Source: Deltaproteobacteria bacterium (GTDB lineage: Bacteria > Desulfobacterota_D > UBA1144 > Nemesobacterales > CSP1-2). Taken from it: 64,000 nucleotides of DNA. Under the pieces are notes generated by a model. The model saw only the letters and a program-made list of their open reading frames with translations. It was not told the DNA's origin and made no database searches. Shown one piece after another: positions 21,635 to 30,639 of the stretch; within the stretch, counting starts at the first letter, position 1, and every line of letters begins with the position of its first letter. The stretch covers positions 384,001-448,000 of the forward strand of contig JBQTHB010000005.1 in NCBI GenBank assembly GCA_052390235.1, written 5' to 3'. A program made the translations under genes and the position numbers.

Positions 21635-21745
21635 ATATGGATGCCCAATTGAAAATGTGAAACTTTAGTTGCCCTCCTTGGAGTAACGCAGGGAAAGAGA
21701 CTTGCCTGTGCCTCATCTCTCTCCTCTCTTTCCCTGCCCTTTTTT
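21635..21745 (+). ncRNA. Candidate sigma54-dependent small RNA (~110 nt)
   Basis: Predicted TSS ~21635. Small hairpin 21668-21687; perfect 13-bp stem 21688-21700/21725-21737 with a 24-nt CU-rich loop, then T6. No ORF longer than 7 codons lies wholly inside it. Confidence 0.6.
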
Positions 21746-21841
21746 CCGCTGTTTCTCCGAAGCGGGCTTCATTCTCGGATTTTGGCTCAGCCGTCTGTAT
21801 GAGCGCCTATTCGCCCGGGCGTGTGGCTTTTTCTACAATTT

Positions 21842-21857
21842 TGTAGCGACACCTACA
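21842..21857. promoter_or_regulatory. NifA-type enhancer TGT-N10-ACA upstream of the nitrite reductase
   Basis: TGTAGCGACACCTACA within TACAATTTTGT..ACAATAG, 113 bp before the GG. Confidence 0.75.
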
Positions 21858-21953
21858 ATAGTGGGGTTGGATTTTGTAGGTGTAGATTTTCTCCGCACGA
21901 AATTATCGTTTAACTTAAGCGCTTTATCCGTCTTCGCACTTGCTTATGCCCTT

Positions 21954-21969
21954 TGGCACAACAATTGCC
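21954..21969 (+). promoter_or_regulatory. sigma54 promoter of the nitrite/nitrate reductase genes
   Basis: TGGCACAACAATTGCC = GG-N10-GC, near-perfect consensus. Confidence 0.88.
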
Positions 21970-22049
21970 CTATATCATCCCATTGGAGCCTTGCGGATGC
22001 GCTCATCTGCAAAGCCGTATCACACCGAGCAAGAGGGAGAGAGACAGCA

Positions 22050-25000
22050 ATGGCGCTAAACACGGAGAGAGTCGTCGTCGTAGGGAACGGAATGGCTGGG
22101 CTTGCCGCCGTTCAGGAAATTCTGAGGAAGAAAAAGAAAAATCTGGAGCTTGTCGTCTTCGGGGACGAGCCGTATCCGAGTTACAACCGCATTCTACTGT
22201 CCGACGCGCTTTCCGGCAAAAAGGGTTTTTCGCAGCTCACAATGAAGCCCCGCAAGTGGTACGAGGAAAACTCTGTTACCCTGCACACAGGCTCAAAAGT
22301 CGTCGAGATAAACCTTAAAAAGGGCAGAGTCTATACAGAAAATGGTTTCTCCTCCTACTTCGATAAAATTCTCATTGCCACCGGGAGCCTGCCTTTCATC
22401 CCGCCCATAAAGGGGACGGATAAAAAGAGCGTCTTCGTCTATCGCACAGTGGAGGATGTGTGCGGAATGATTGAAGCGGCGAGATACAAGAAAAAAGCCG
22501 TCGTCATCGGAGGCGGCTTGCTTGGGCTTGAAGCCGCCAAAGCACTCAAAGACGACGGAATGGAGGTGTCAGTTGTCCATCTCCTCGACAGGCTCATGGA
22601 ACAGCAACTCGACTTTGCCGCCGCCGCCTTGCTCAAAAATCAGCTTGAGCGCATGGGAATTGAAGTCCTCATGGAGCGCGCCACGGAGGAAATCCTCGGC
22701 AACGGTAGCGTGCAGGGAGTTCGGTTCAAGGGCGGAGAGATTCTCGAAGCCGACCTCGTTCTCATCTGCACCGGTATTAAGCCCAATACCGAGGTGGCGA
22801 AAAAAGCGGGACTCCTCACAAACCGGGGCGTGCTTGTGAACGACTACATGGAAACCAGTGCCCAGAGCATTTACGCCGTCGGCGAGTGCGTCGAGCATCG
22901 CGGCAGAACCTACGGCTTATTTGACCCCCTGATAGAGCAGGCAAAGGTCGTCGCCGACTCCATTGCCGGAAGCGCAGAGGCGACCTACGAAGGCTCTGTA
23001 GTATCAGCCGTGCTGAAAGTGGCGGGAGTGAATCTCGTATCCATCGGCAATTTCCTGGGCGGAGAGGGATGCGAAGAGCTCACCTTCACAGACCCCGAAA
23101 TAGGGCAGTATAAAAAGGTAGTGCTTCAGAACAACCGGGCCGTAGGAGCGATTCTCATGGGAGACACCGCCGACTACAGACGCCTCTTTAAGCACGTCAT
23201 CGAAGGCTCAGACGTATCCGAGAAGAGAAAGAATCTGCTCTGGGGCGAACCCGTTCCCGTTAAAATCGCCGCCGAATCTATTGAAGAGGAGGCGACGTTC
23301 GAGCTTGGAGTGGATATTCCCCTAGTTCCCGAAGACCCGAAGCCGCATTATGTAACCGACAACGACCGTCAGAGGGCGCGGGAGACGAAATGGCTTCAGA
23401 AAATCAACTCCGCCAAAATTAAAGCCGATGGGCTGGATGTGGACTGGGAGCGCTACCGCCGCGAGGGGGCATCTGTGATTCCGCCCGAAGACCTGTTTCG
23501 GATAAAGCTCCACGGCTACTGCAGCCAGAAGCAAGACGGCTTTTTCATGCGCAGAATCCGCGTGCCGGGCGGAGACCTCAGTGCCGCTCAGTTTGAGCAG
23601 GTCGCCCGCCTCGGACAGGACGTCGGCGGTTGGGTTCATGTAACCACGCGCCAAAACCTCGAGCTTCACTGGACTAGAATTGAGGATTCCGAAAAAATTG
23701 ATAAAGCCCTAAAAGACGTGGGGCTTACGACGCGCTCCTCCTGCGGGCATACGTTCCGCAACATCATGACCTGCGAGGACGCGGGCATATCCAGGGAGGC
23801 GGCTTTTGACGTTCTGCCCTGGGTGAAAATCGCAAACGACTACATCGTTAGCAACTCCGCCACTATCAACCCCAAGATGCCGCGCCGCCTGAACGTCTTT
23901 TACTGCGGGTGCGCAGGAGGGTGCAAAGCGACTGCCCGCCTAAACGACATAGCTTTCGTGCCGGTGCGCGCTAAGTATCGGGGCGAGATCATCCACGGAT
24001 TTGAACTCTGGGTCGGCGGGAGCCTAGGCGCGAAGCCTCAACTCGCCGAAAAGCTCTTCGATTTCCTCCTGCCGGAGCAGTCGCTCTCAGCCCTTCAGAC
24101 GGTTACAGAAATCTATATGCGCCACGGACATCTGCCCGGAAAAGCCAATCCGCGCCTTAAATTTCTCATTGAAGAGTGGGGATTTAACAGATTCCGCGAC
24201 GAATTCATGAGCCTGTTCAGGAGCAGAAATCCCTTTTTAGAGGGGCTGGAAGTTCTCCCCTTTGAGGGAGAATCCCACGTCGAGCTTTCAGCCGAGGGCG
24301 TATATCCTCAGATTCAGAAGGACTACTACAGGGTCGTTGTCAGAGTCCCCCTCGGAGAGCTGACCTCGGAGCAGGCAATAGGGCTTAGCCGCCTCTCGCT
24401 TGAATACGGCAATGGCCGCCTCAAGACGACGAAGCACCAAAACGTGGAATTCCACTGGGTCAAGAGAGAAAAATTAATGAAGCTCATAAAAGGGCTTCGG
24501 GAAATTGGGCTAAGCCCCAAGGGCGCGGGCTCTGTGCTAGACGTAGTGGCCTGTTCTGGAACGACTTTTTGTATCTGGGGGGTGTCTGACGCCCAGGGAC
24601 TAGGAGATTCTCTCATCCGCCACGTCGCACAGAGGAAGGAATACCTCGAAGACGGCGAAATAAGAAAGCTGAAAATTCAAATATCGGGATGCCCCAATAG
24701 TTGCTCCCTGCATCAGATTTCAGACATAGGGCTATCCGGCAGCAACGGGAAATATTTCCTCTACCTCGGCGGACACATGAACGGCGACGCCACGCTCGGA
24801 GCCGTAGTGCGGCACAACATTCTGCCCGATGAGATGCCGGCGACGATTGACGGCGTGTTTGGAATGTATAAGGACTCCCGCGCAGAGGGCGAGGGGTTCA
24901 GTGCCTTTGTTGACAGGCTCGGCGCGCAGGAGCTAACCAAACTGCTGGCTGAGCGGCTGGACTCTCCCGAGGCGAAGGAGGCGAGGGCGAAGGCGGCTGA

Positions 25001-25304
25001 AAGGCTAGAGTATCAGGCTGTGAAAGAGACGGCGGCAAAGGAGTTTTCGCTCAAATTTAAGATTGACGGTAAGACGACGGTCGTTAAGGCGAAAAACACG
25101 GACAAAATTCTACAGCGCGGGCTAGACGAGGGGCTGAACCTGCCCTATAGCTGTCAGGCCGGCAGCTGCGGCACGTGCAAGCTCAGGGTCAAGGGGAAAT
25201 TCCATCAAGGCTCGGTCGAGGCTATTACGCCGGAGGAGGTGGCTACGGGCTATTCCTTGATTTGCATGGCTGAGCCGAGAGGGGATATGGAAATCGAGGT
25301 CTAA
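22050..25304 (+). CDS. Assimilatory nitrite reductase fusion: NirB-like FAD/NAD(P)H domain + NirA-like siroheme domain + C-terminal [2Fe-2S] ferredoxin
   Basis: GNGMAG, YNRILLS and GGGLLG motifs; TTRQNLELHW; siroheme/4Fe-4S ligands CSGTTFC and GCPNSC; LPYSCQAGSCGTC..LIC. True start ATG 22050 follows GAGGGAG and lies downstream of the sigma54 promoter. Confidence 0.85.
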   Translation: MALNTERVVVVGNGMAGLAAVQEILRKKKKNLELVVFGDEPYPSYNRILLSDALSGKKGFSQLTMKPRKWYEENSVTLHTGSKVVEINLKKGRVYTENGFSSYFDKILIATGSLPFIPPIKGTDKKSVFVYRTVEDVCGMIEAARYKKKAVVIGGGLLGLEAAKALKDDGMEVSVVHLLDRLMEQQLDFAAAALLKNQLERMGIEVLMERATEEILGNGSVQGVRFKGGEILEADLVLICTGIKPNTEVAKKAGLLTNRGVLVNDYMETSAQSIYAVGECVEHRGRTYGLFDPLIEQAKVVADSIAGSAEATYEGSVVSAVLKVAGVNLVSIGNFLGGEGCEELTFTDPEIGQYKKVVLQNNRAVGAILMGDTADYRRLFKHVIEGSDVSEKRKNLLWGEPVPVKIAAESIEEEATFELGVDIPLVPEDPKPHYVTDNDRQRARETKWLQKINSAKIKADGLDVDWERYRREGASVIPPEDLFRIKLHGYCSQKQDGFFMRRIRVPGGDLSAAQFEQVARLGQDVGGWVHVTTRQNLELHWTRIEDSEKIDKALKDVGLTTRSSCGHTFRNIMTCEDAGISREAAFDVLPWVKIANDYIVSNSATINPKMPRRLNVFYCGCAGGCKATARLNDIAFVPVRAKYRGEIIHGFELWVGGSLGAKPQLAEKLFDFLLPEQSLSALQTVTEIYMRHGHLPGKANPRLKFLIEEWGFNRFRDEFMSLFRSRNPFLEGLEVLPFEGESHVELSAEGVYPQIQKDYYRVVVRVPLGELTSEQAIGLSRLSLEYGNGRLKTTKHQNVEFHWVKREKLMKLIKGLREIGLSPKGAGSVLDVVACSGTTFCIWGVSDAQGLGDSLIRHVAQRKEYLEDGEIRKLKIQISGCPNSCSLHQISDIGLSGSNGKYFLYLGGHMNGDATLGAVVRHNILPDEMPATIDGVFGMYKDSRAEGEGFSAFVDRLGAQELTKLLAERLDSPEAKEARAKAAERLEYQAVKETAAKEFSLKFKIDGKTTVVKAKNTDKILQRGLDEGLNLPYSCQAGSCGTCKLRVKGKFHQGSVEAITPEEVATGYSLICMAEPRGDMEIEV

Positions 25305-25369
25305 TTTCTGATGGAGAATGCAAACTCCCCTCTTGAGAGCAATTGTGAGAAGTGGCGGTGTCATCCCCG

Positions 25370-25390
25370 TCCTTCGGCAATCTCGGGGCA
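25370..25390. repeat. Degenerate REP-like repeat
   Basis: TCCTTCGGCAATCTCGGGGCA matches the reverse complement of 2104-2121. Confidence 0.4.
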
Positions 25391-25508
25391 AAGTCCAGAG
25401 GGAGTGCGTGTCTCTCGGCGGGGCTGTCCTGATACTGTCGAACAGCTTGGGATGAAATGGATATTCCGGCGCGACAAAATATAGCGGATACTCTATTTGC
25501 GGCTCAAC

Positions 25509-28500
25509 ATGATAAACTCAAAACCCGAATCCGAAGCTGTTAAATCCGTCTGTCCCTACTGCGGCGTAGGGTGCGGCGTCATTTTTGAGACCCGCAAGGG
25601 CAAAGTCGTCAAGGTCAAGGGCGACGCCGAGCATCCGGCAAACTTCGGCAGGCTCTGCACTAAAGGCGCAAGCCTCCATAAAACCATCCACACGAGGGAC
25701 AGATTAATGAAGCCCCTCATGCGCCGCACCCGCGACGAGGCACTCATTCCCGTCTCATGGGACGCCGCCCTGGGCAGAATAGCCGATAAATTCCACTCCC
25801 TCATCGCCGACTATGGCCCAGAATCCATCGCCTTTTACATCTCAGGACAGCTTATGACCGAGGATTACTACGTCGTCAATAAGCTCACGAAGGGATTTCT
25901 CAAGGTCAACAACCTCGATTCAAACTCGCGGCTCTGTATGTCCTCGGCTGTGATGGGCTACAGGCGCGCCTTTGGGGTTGACGCCCCTCCCTGCTCTTAT
26001 GAGGACTTCGAGCATTCGGACTGTATTTTCATCATCGGCTCGAACACCGCCTACTGCCATCCGGTGCTGTTTATGCGCATATCCGAGATAAAAGCCCAAA
26101 AAGGGGATAAGCTAAAAATCATCGTCGCAGATCCGCGCCGCACGCCCACGGCCGCCATTGCCGACCTCTACCTGCCGCTTGCGCCGGGAACGGATGTGCC
26201 GCTCGTTAACTCCATGATTCACGTCCTCATGAAAGAGGGTATCATCAACCGCAGCTACATCTCGGCAAACACCGAGGGGTTTGCGGAACTGGAGAGGATA
26301 GTCGAGGAATATTCCCCCGAAAAGGTCTCTGAAATATGCAAAATCCCCCCTTTTGCTATACGCGAGGCGGCCCTGATGTACGCCAAAGCCGGCGCCGCTC
26401 TCACGCTTTGGACAATGGGGCTTAACCAGAGCGCGCAGGGGACGGATAAAAACAACGCCGTAATAAATCTGTCTCTTGCCACTGGGAACATCGGACGCCC
26501 CGGCGCGGGCCCATTCTCGCTCACGGGGCAGGCGAACGCCATGGGCGGCAGAGAGACCGGAGGGCTTGCCAATCTCCTCCCCGGACACCGCTACATGGAC
26601 AACCCGCTCCACAGGGATGAGGTTTCCGCGTTTTGGGGCGGCGGCGATATGCGCGAGAAGCGGGGTCAGACCGCCGTAGAGCTGTTCGATGGCGTTGATA
26701 GGGGGGTCGTCAAAGCCATCTGGATAATCTGCACAAACCCGGTCGTCTCGCTTCCGAATGGCTCGAAGGTGGAAAGAGCCCTCTCGAAAGCCGAGCTTGT
26801 CGTGGTGCAGGACCTGTTCCGCCCAACCGATACGGGGATGTTCGCCGACGTCCTGCTCCCTGCGGCGGGGTTCTCCGAGAAGGAAGGGACGATGACAAAC
26901 TCGGAGCGGCGCATCTCATACGTGGGCAAAGCCGTCGAGCCTCCCGGCGAGGCTACCCCCGACTGGCAAATATTCACCCGATTCGCCCGAAAAATGGGGT
27001 ATTCCGAGTTTTTCCCCTACGAAAGCCCTGAAGAGGTATTCGAGGAATATAAAAAGCTCACCCGCGGGCGCGATATGGACATATCGGGCGTGAGCTACGG
27101 GCGGCTTCAATCCACGGGCCCCGTTCAATGGCCCTGTCCCGATGAAAATCACCCCGGCACGCAGAGGCTCTATACCGACGGGCGGTTTGAGACCGAGAGC
27201 AAAAGGGCGAAATTCATCCCGGTAAAATTCATCCCCCCAGTCGAGGGGACGGACTCTGCCTATCCGCTAACGCTCACCACGGGGCGGCTGCGAGACCAGT
27301 GGCACACGATGACCAAAACTGGCAAAGTGGAGGCGCTAACGCTCAAAGACCCGTATCCTGTGCTTGAAGTGCATCCCTCGGACGCAGGGGCCCTTGGCAT
27401 AAAAGAGGGGGATTTGGTTAAGGTGGAATCCCGAAGAGGCGAGGCGACGGTTCAAGCCGCCGTTACGGATAAGGTGAAAGAGGGGTGCGTATTTATGCCC
27501 TTTCACTGGGGAAAGCTCCTCGCCGATAACGGCAGGGCAAACCTCCTGACCATTGAAGCCCTAGACCCGTTCTCACGGCAGCCTGAGTTTAAAGCCTGCG
27601 CCGTGAGGGTTGAGAAAAAAATATTCGCCCAAAGCCCTAAAATTGCCGTCGTGGGGAACGACCCTGCAGGGCTTCGGGTTATCGAGACGCTCATTGAGAT
27701 GAACCCGAACGCTGAGGTCTCGCTCTTCTCTACCGAGCATGTAGATAAATCCCTGCCTGAGGGCGTAGCGCGCTATGCAGAGCTTCCCCTGCGCATTGAC
27801 CCCGATAAACGTAAAATCTTCATGAAGGGGGGCGCGGCGTACACTTATGAAAGTCTCGTCCTTGCCTCGGGGAGCAGGTATTCCATCCCCCCTGTGGCGG
27901 GAATGAACCGCGAGGGGGTTATTATCGTCGAGAACCTGCCGCAACTGAAGAGAGCCATCGGCAAGATGCTCGTTCTAAAGAAGGCGCTTGTTCTCGGAGA
28001 GGGCGCTCTTGGGCTGGAGATTGCGGACTACATGAGAAGCCGTGGGGCGGAGGTCGAATTTATTAATCCATCGAACGTTCTTCTCGAGAAACAGCTCGAT
28101 GGGTCGGCTTCCGAGATGCTCTATTACGAACTCAAGAGGAAGGGGATTTCTGTAAAGCTCGGCGCAGAGGTTGACGCGATTCTCGGCAACGGCAAAGCGA
28201 CCGGGGTTCAGCTTGAGGACGGGGATTTTCGCGCGGGAGATGTCGTCGTGATTGAGGCGCGCCTGAGGGCTAATGTTGATGTGGCATCCCGAATGGGGGT
28301 TATGGTCAACAAGGGGATTCTCGTTGGAGAAAAGCTCGAAACCGCAATGCCAAACGTCTATGCCGTAGGAACGGCGGCGGAATTCAGAGGGGTCGTCTCG
28401 GCTGATGCAGACGTTATCGCGGAGCAGGCTCATGTACTCGGTAGAATTCTTGCCGGAGACCCAACGGCGAGGTTCGCTGGAACGCTCGGATGCAATAGGC

Positions 28501-28931
28501 TGAGAGCGCTTAATTATGAGATTATCTCCTTCGGGGAGTTCAACGCAGACGACGACGAGGCAAACGTGCTGGCATATCTGGACAAGGCGCAGTCGGTCTA
28601 TAAAAAAGTGGTGATAAGAGACAATAGAATACTCGGCGGCCTATTTTTCAGAGACACCACATCGGCTGAAGAAATCATCGAGCTTGCCAGGAAGAAGGCG
28701 GATATTTCGGGACTCAGGCGCAATCTCCTATCGGGCAACCTCAAGGGGCGGGTGGCGAAGGGGAAAATCCTCTGCTCCTGCGCGGGGGTAACTGAGGAAG
28801 AAATCCAGATTGGCATAAAAAACGGGATGGGCGTCGAGGATTTGGGGCGCAATTACAGGGTCGGCGTTAACTGCGGCGCCTGCCTAACCGAGGTGCGGGA
28901 GCTGATAAAAGCCCACAGGAGCCGGCATTGA
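25509..28931 (+). CDS. nasA: Assimilatory nitrate reductase catalytic subunit fused to a degenerate flavoprotein domain and a BFD-like [2Fe-2S] domain
   Basis: CPYCGVGCG..LC, NSRLCMSSA, GQANAMGGRE and TTGRLRDQWHTMT motifs. C-terminal ~430 aa is NirB-like and ends CSCAGV..NCGAC. Confidence 0.88.
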   Translation: MINSKPESEAVKSVCPYCGVGCGVIFETRKGKVVKVKGDAEHPANFGRLCTKGASLHKTIHTRDRLMKPLMRRTRDEALIPVSWDAALGRIADKFHSLIADYGPESIAFYISGQLMTEDYYVVNKLTKGFLKVNNLDSNSRLCMSSAVMGYRRAFGVDAPPCSYEDFEHSDCIFIIGSNTAYCHPVLFMRISEIKAQKGDKLKIIVADPRRTPTAAIADLYLPLAPGTDVPLVNSMIHVLMKEGIINRSYISANTEGFAELERIVEEYSPEKVSEICKIPPFAIREAALMYAKAGAALTLWTMGLNQSAQGTDKNNAVINLSLATGNIGRPGAGPFSLTGQANAMGGRETGGLANLLPGHRYMDNPLHRDEVSAFWGGGDMREKRGQTAVELFDGVDRGVVKAIWIICTNPVVSLPNGSKVERALSKAELVVVQDLFRPTDTGMFADVLLPAAGFSEKEGTMTNSERRISYVGKAVEPPGEATPDWQIFTRFARKMGYSEFFPYESPEEVFEEYKKLTRGRDMDISGVSYGRLQSTGPVQWPCPDENHPGTQRLYTDGRFETESKRAKFIPVKFIPPVEGTDSAYPLTLTTGRLRDQWHTMTKTGKVEALTLKDPYPVLEVHPSDAGALGIKEGDLVKVESRRGEATVQAAVTDKVKEGCVFMPFHWGKLLADNGRANLLTIEALDPFSRQPEFKACAVRVEKKIFAQSPKIAVVGNDPAGLRVIETLIEMNPNAEVSLFSTEHVDKSLPEGVARYAELPLRIDPDKRKIFMKGGAAYTYESLVLASGSRYSIPPVAGMNREGVIIVENLPQLKRAIGKMLVLKKALVLGEGALGLEIADYMRSRGAEVEFINPSNVLLEKQLDGSASEMLYYELKRKGISVKLGAEVDAILGNGKATGVQLEDGDFRAGDVVVIEARLRANVDVASRMGVMVNKGILVGEKLETAMPNVYAVGTAAEFRGVVSADADVIAEQAHVLGRILAGDPTARFAGTLGCNRLRALNYEIISFGEFNADDDEANVLAYLDKAQSVYKKVVIRDNRILGGLFFRDTTSAEEIIELARKKADISGLRRNLLSGNLKGRVAKGKILCSCAGVTEEEIQIGIKNGMGVEDLGRNYRVGVNCGACLTEVRELIKAHRSRH

Positions 28932-29008
28932 ATTGACACGGAAGGGGTTTTCTTGGATTCTATTTTGGGCTGAAATCAACACAGAAAATAAACGAGTTCA
29001 TGAAAAAA

Positions 29009-29084
29009 TGTCATATTGCGCCGAAGCAGTTTCTGCGGCGCCGCGGTATGAATCCGAGGATTTCTCGCCCCGCTCAAAGTGACA
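29009..29084. repeat. Degenerate palindromic intergenic element
   Basis: TGTCATATTGCGCCG...CCGCTCAAAGTGACA imperfect inverted ends; a related copy lies at 46983-47044. Confidence 0.5.
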
Positions 29085-29200
29085 GCATAGGTTTTAGATG
29101 GCTTTGATGGTTGCGTTATTGAGCTTATTTAGTTCGCGTTTTGTTGCGCAATGTTTGGTTTCAAACAGATGAAATTTATCCACGGAGGGAGTGTCGTAAA

Positions 29201-30604
29201 ATGACGGAAATCGCTACGCCGGCAAGCCCCGTAAGGGTTGCCATAATAGGCTCGGGGCCCGCGGGGTTTTATGCCGCAGACCCGCTCCTGAAACAGACCA
29301 GTTACCAATTCGAGGTGGATATGTACGACCGCCTGCCCACTCCCTACGGGCTAGTGCGGTGCGGAGTTGCCCCCGACCATCAGAAAATTAAATCCGTTAC
29401 CAGGGTGTATGAAAAAATTGCGGCTCACCCGAAATTTCGCTTCTTCGGCTACGTTGAATTTGGCGCGCACATCACGCTAGAAGACCTAAAGCGCCACTAC
29501 CACATCATCATATTCGCCACTGGAGCGCAGACGGACAAGCGCATGAACATCCCCGGCGAAGACCTGCTGGGGAGTCATCCGGCAACGGAATTTGTGGCGT
29601 GGTACAACGGTCATCCCGATTACTGCCACCTCAACTTCGACCTATCCCAGGAGAGGGTAGCCGTCATTGGAGTGGGCAACGTAGCCATTGACGTAGCCAG
29701 AATCCTGTGCCTTAACGGAGAAGAGCTCAAAAAAACCGACATTGCCGACTACGCCCTCCACGCCCTGGCAAACAGCCGCGTTAAAGAGGTCTATATAGTA
29801 GGCCGAAGGGGCCCGGCGCAGGCGGCGTTCACAAACCCGGAAATCAAAGAAGTGGGCAACCTAGCCGACGCCAATGCCCTCACCCTTCCCGAAGAGGTCG
29901 CGCTCGACGAGGCGACGATAAAATCCATTGAGACCGACGAGGATAAAGCCACAATCACGCGCAAGGTTGAAATCCTGACCGGATATTCCGTCCAAAGAGA
30001 CTCGGCGAAATCCAAGAGGCTATATATGCGGTTTCTGCTCTCTCCCGTGGAAATCATCGGCGACGCCGGGGGGCGGGTATCGTCAATACGCCTCGTGAGA
30101 AACGCCCTCTACGCCGATAAGGACGGAAGCCTCAAAGCTCGCGCTACGGATAAATTCGAGGAAATCCCCGCGGGCTTGGTGTTCCGCTCCATCGGATACT
30201 ACGGCATTGGGCTTCCCGGTGTGCCGTTTAACGATAAATGGGGCGTGATTCTAAACGACAAGGGGAGAATTCTCGACCCGGATACTAAAAAACACGCCCT
30301 GGGGCTATATACGACGGGCTGGATAAAGAGGGGCCCTACGGGTGTCATCGGAACAAATAAAACGGATTCCGCCGAGACCGTAGCGCGCATCCTCGAAGAC
30401 GTTGCGGCGGGTAATCTGCCGAATCCCTCCCTCCCCGAAGCCAGAGCCGCTGAGAGACTCATCATGGAGCGTCAGCCGAGCTACGTTACCTATAAAGACT
30501 GGCTAAGCGTAGATAAAAAGGAGATTGCACGCGGGCAGGCAGAGGGGAGACCGCGTGTGAAATTCACGAATATAGAGGATATAATGTCCGCCGTTGATAG
30601 GTAG
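29201..30604 (+). CDS. Ferredoxin-NADP+ reductase, FprA/adrenodoxin-reductase type
   Basis: GSGPAGFY, GVAPDH, FVAWYNGHP, GNVAIDVAR and GWIKRGPTGVIG motifs; GGAGGGAG RBS before ATG 29201. Confidence 0.9.
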   Translation: MTEIATPASPVRVAIIGSGPAGFYAADPLLKQTSYQFEVDMYDRLPTPYGLVRCGVAPDHQKIKSVTRVYEKIAAHPKFRFFGYVEFGAHITLEDLKRHYHIIIFATGAQTDKRMNIPGEDLLGSHPATEFVAWYNGHPDYCHLNFDLSQERVAVIGVGNVAIDVARILCLNGEELKKTDIADYALHALANSRVKEVYIVGRRGPAQAAFTNPEIKEVGNLADANALTLPEEVALDEATIKSIETDEDKATITRKVEILTGYSVQRDSAKSKRLYMRFLLSPVEIIGDAGGRVSSIRLVRNALYADKDGSLKARATDKFEEIPAGLVFRSIGYYGIGLPGVPFNDKWGVILNDKGRILDPDTKKHALGLYTTGWIKRGPTGVIGTNKTDSAETVARILEDVAAGNLPNPSLPEARAAERLIMERQPSYVTYKDWLSVDKKEIARGQAEGRPRVKFTNIEDIMSAVDR

Positions 30605-30639
30605 GCGCGTCAAAATTCACGATGCGCGATAGTTGCAGG

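Noticed and set aside
21637..21660. Leader peptide MDAQLKM
   Set aside because: 7 codons, no SD and no telling amino-acid run; cannot be supported, though leaderless translation is not excluded.
21702..22049. 116-aa N-terminal extension of the nitrite reductase ORF
   Set aside because: It spans a terminator, an enhancer and a sigma54 promoter; homology and RBS begin at ATG 22050.
29099..29114. Possible sigma54 promoter before fprA (TGGCTTTGATGGTTGC)
   Set aside because: GG-to-GC spacing is 11 rather than the required 10, and there is no enhancer.
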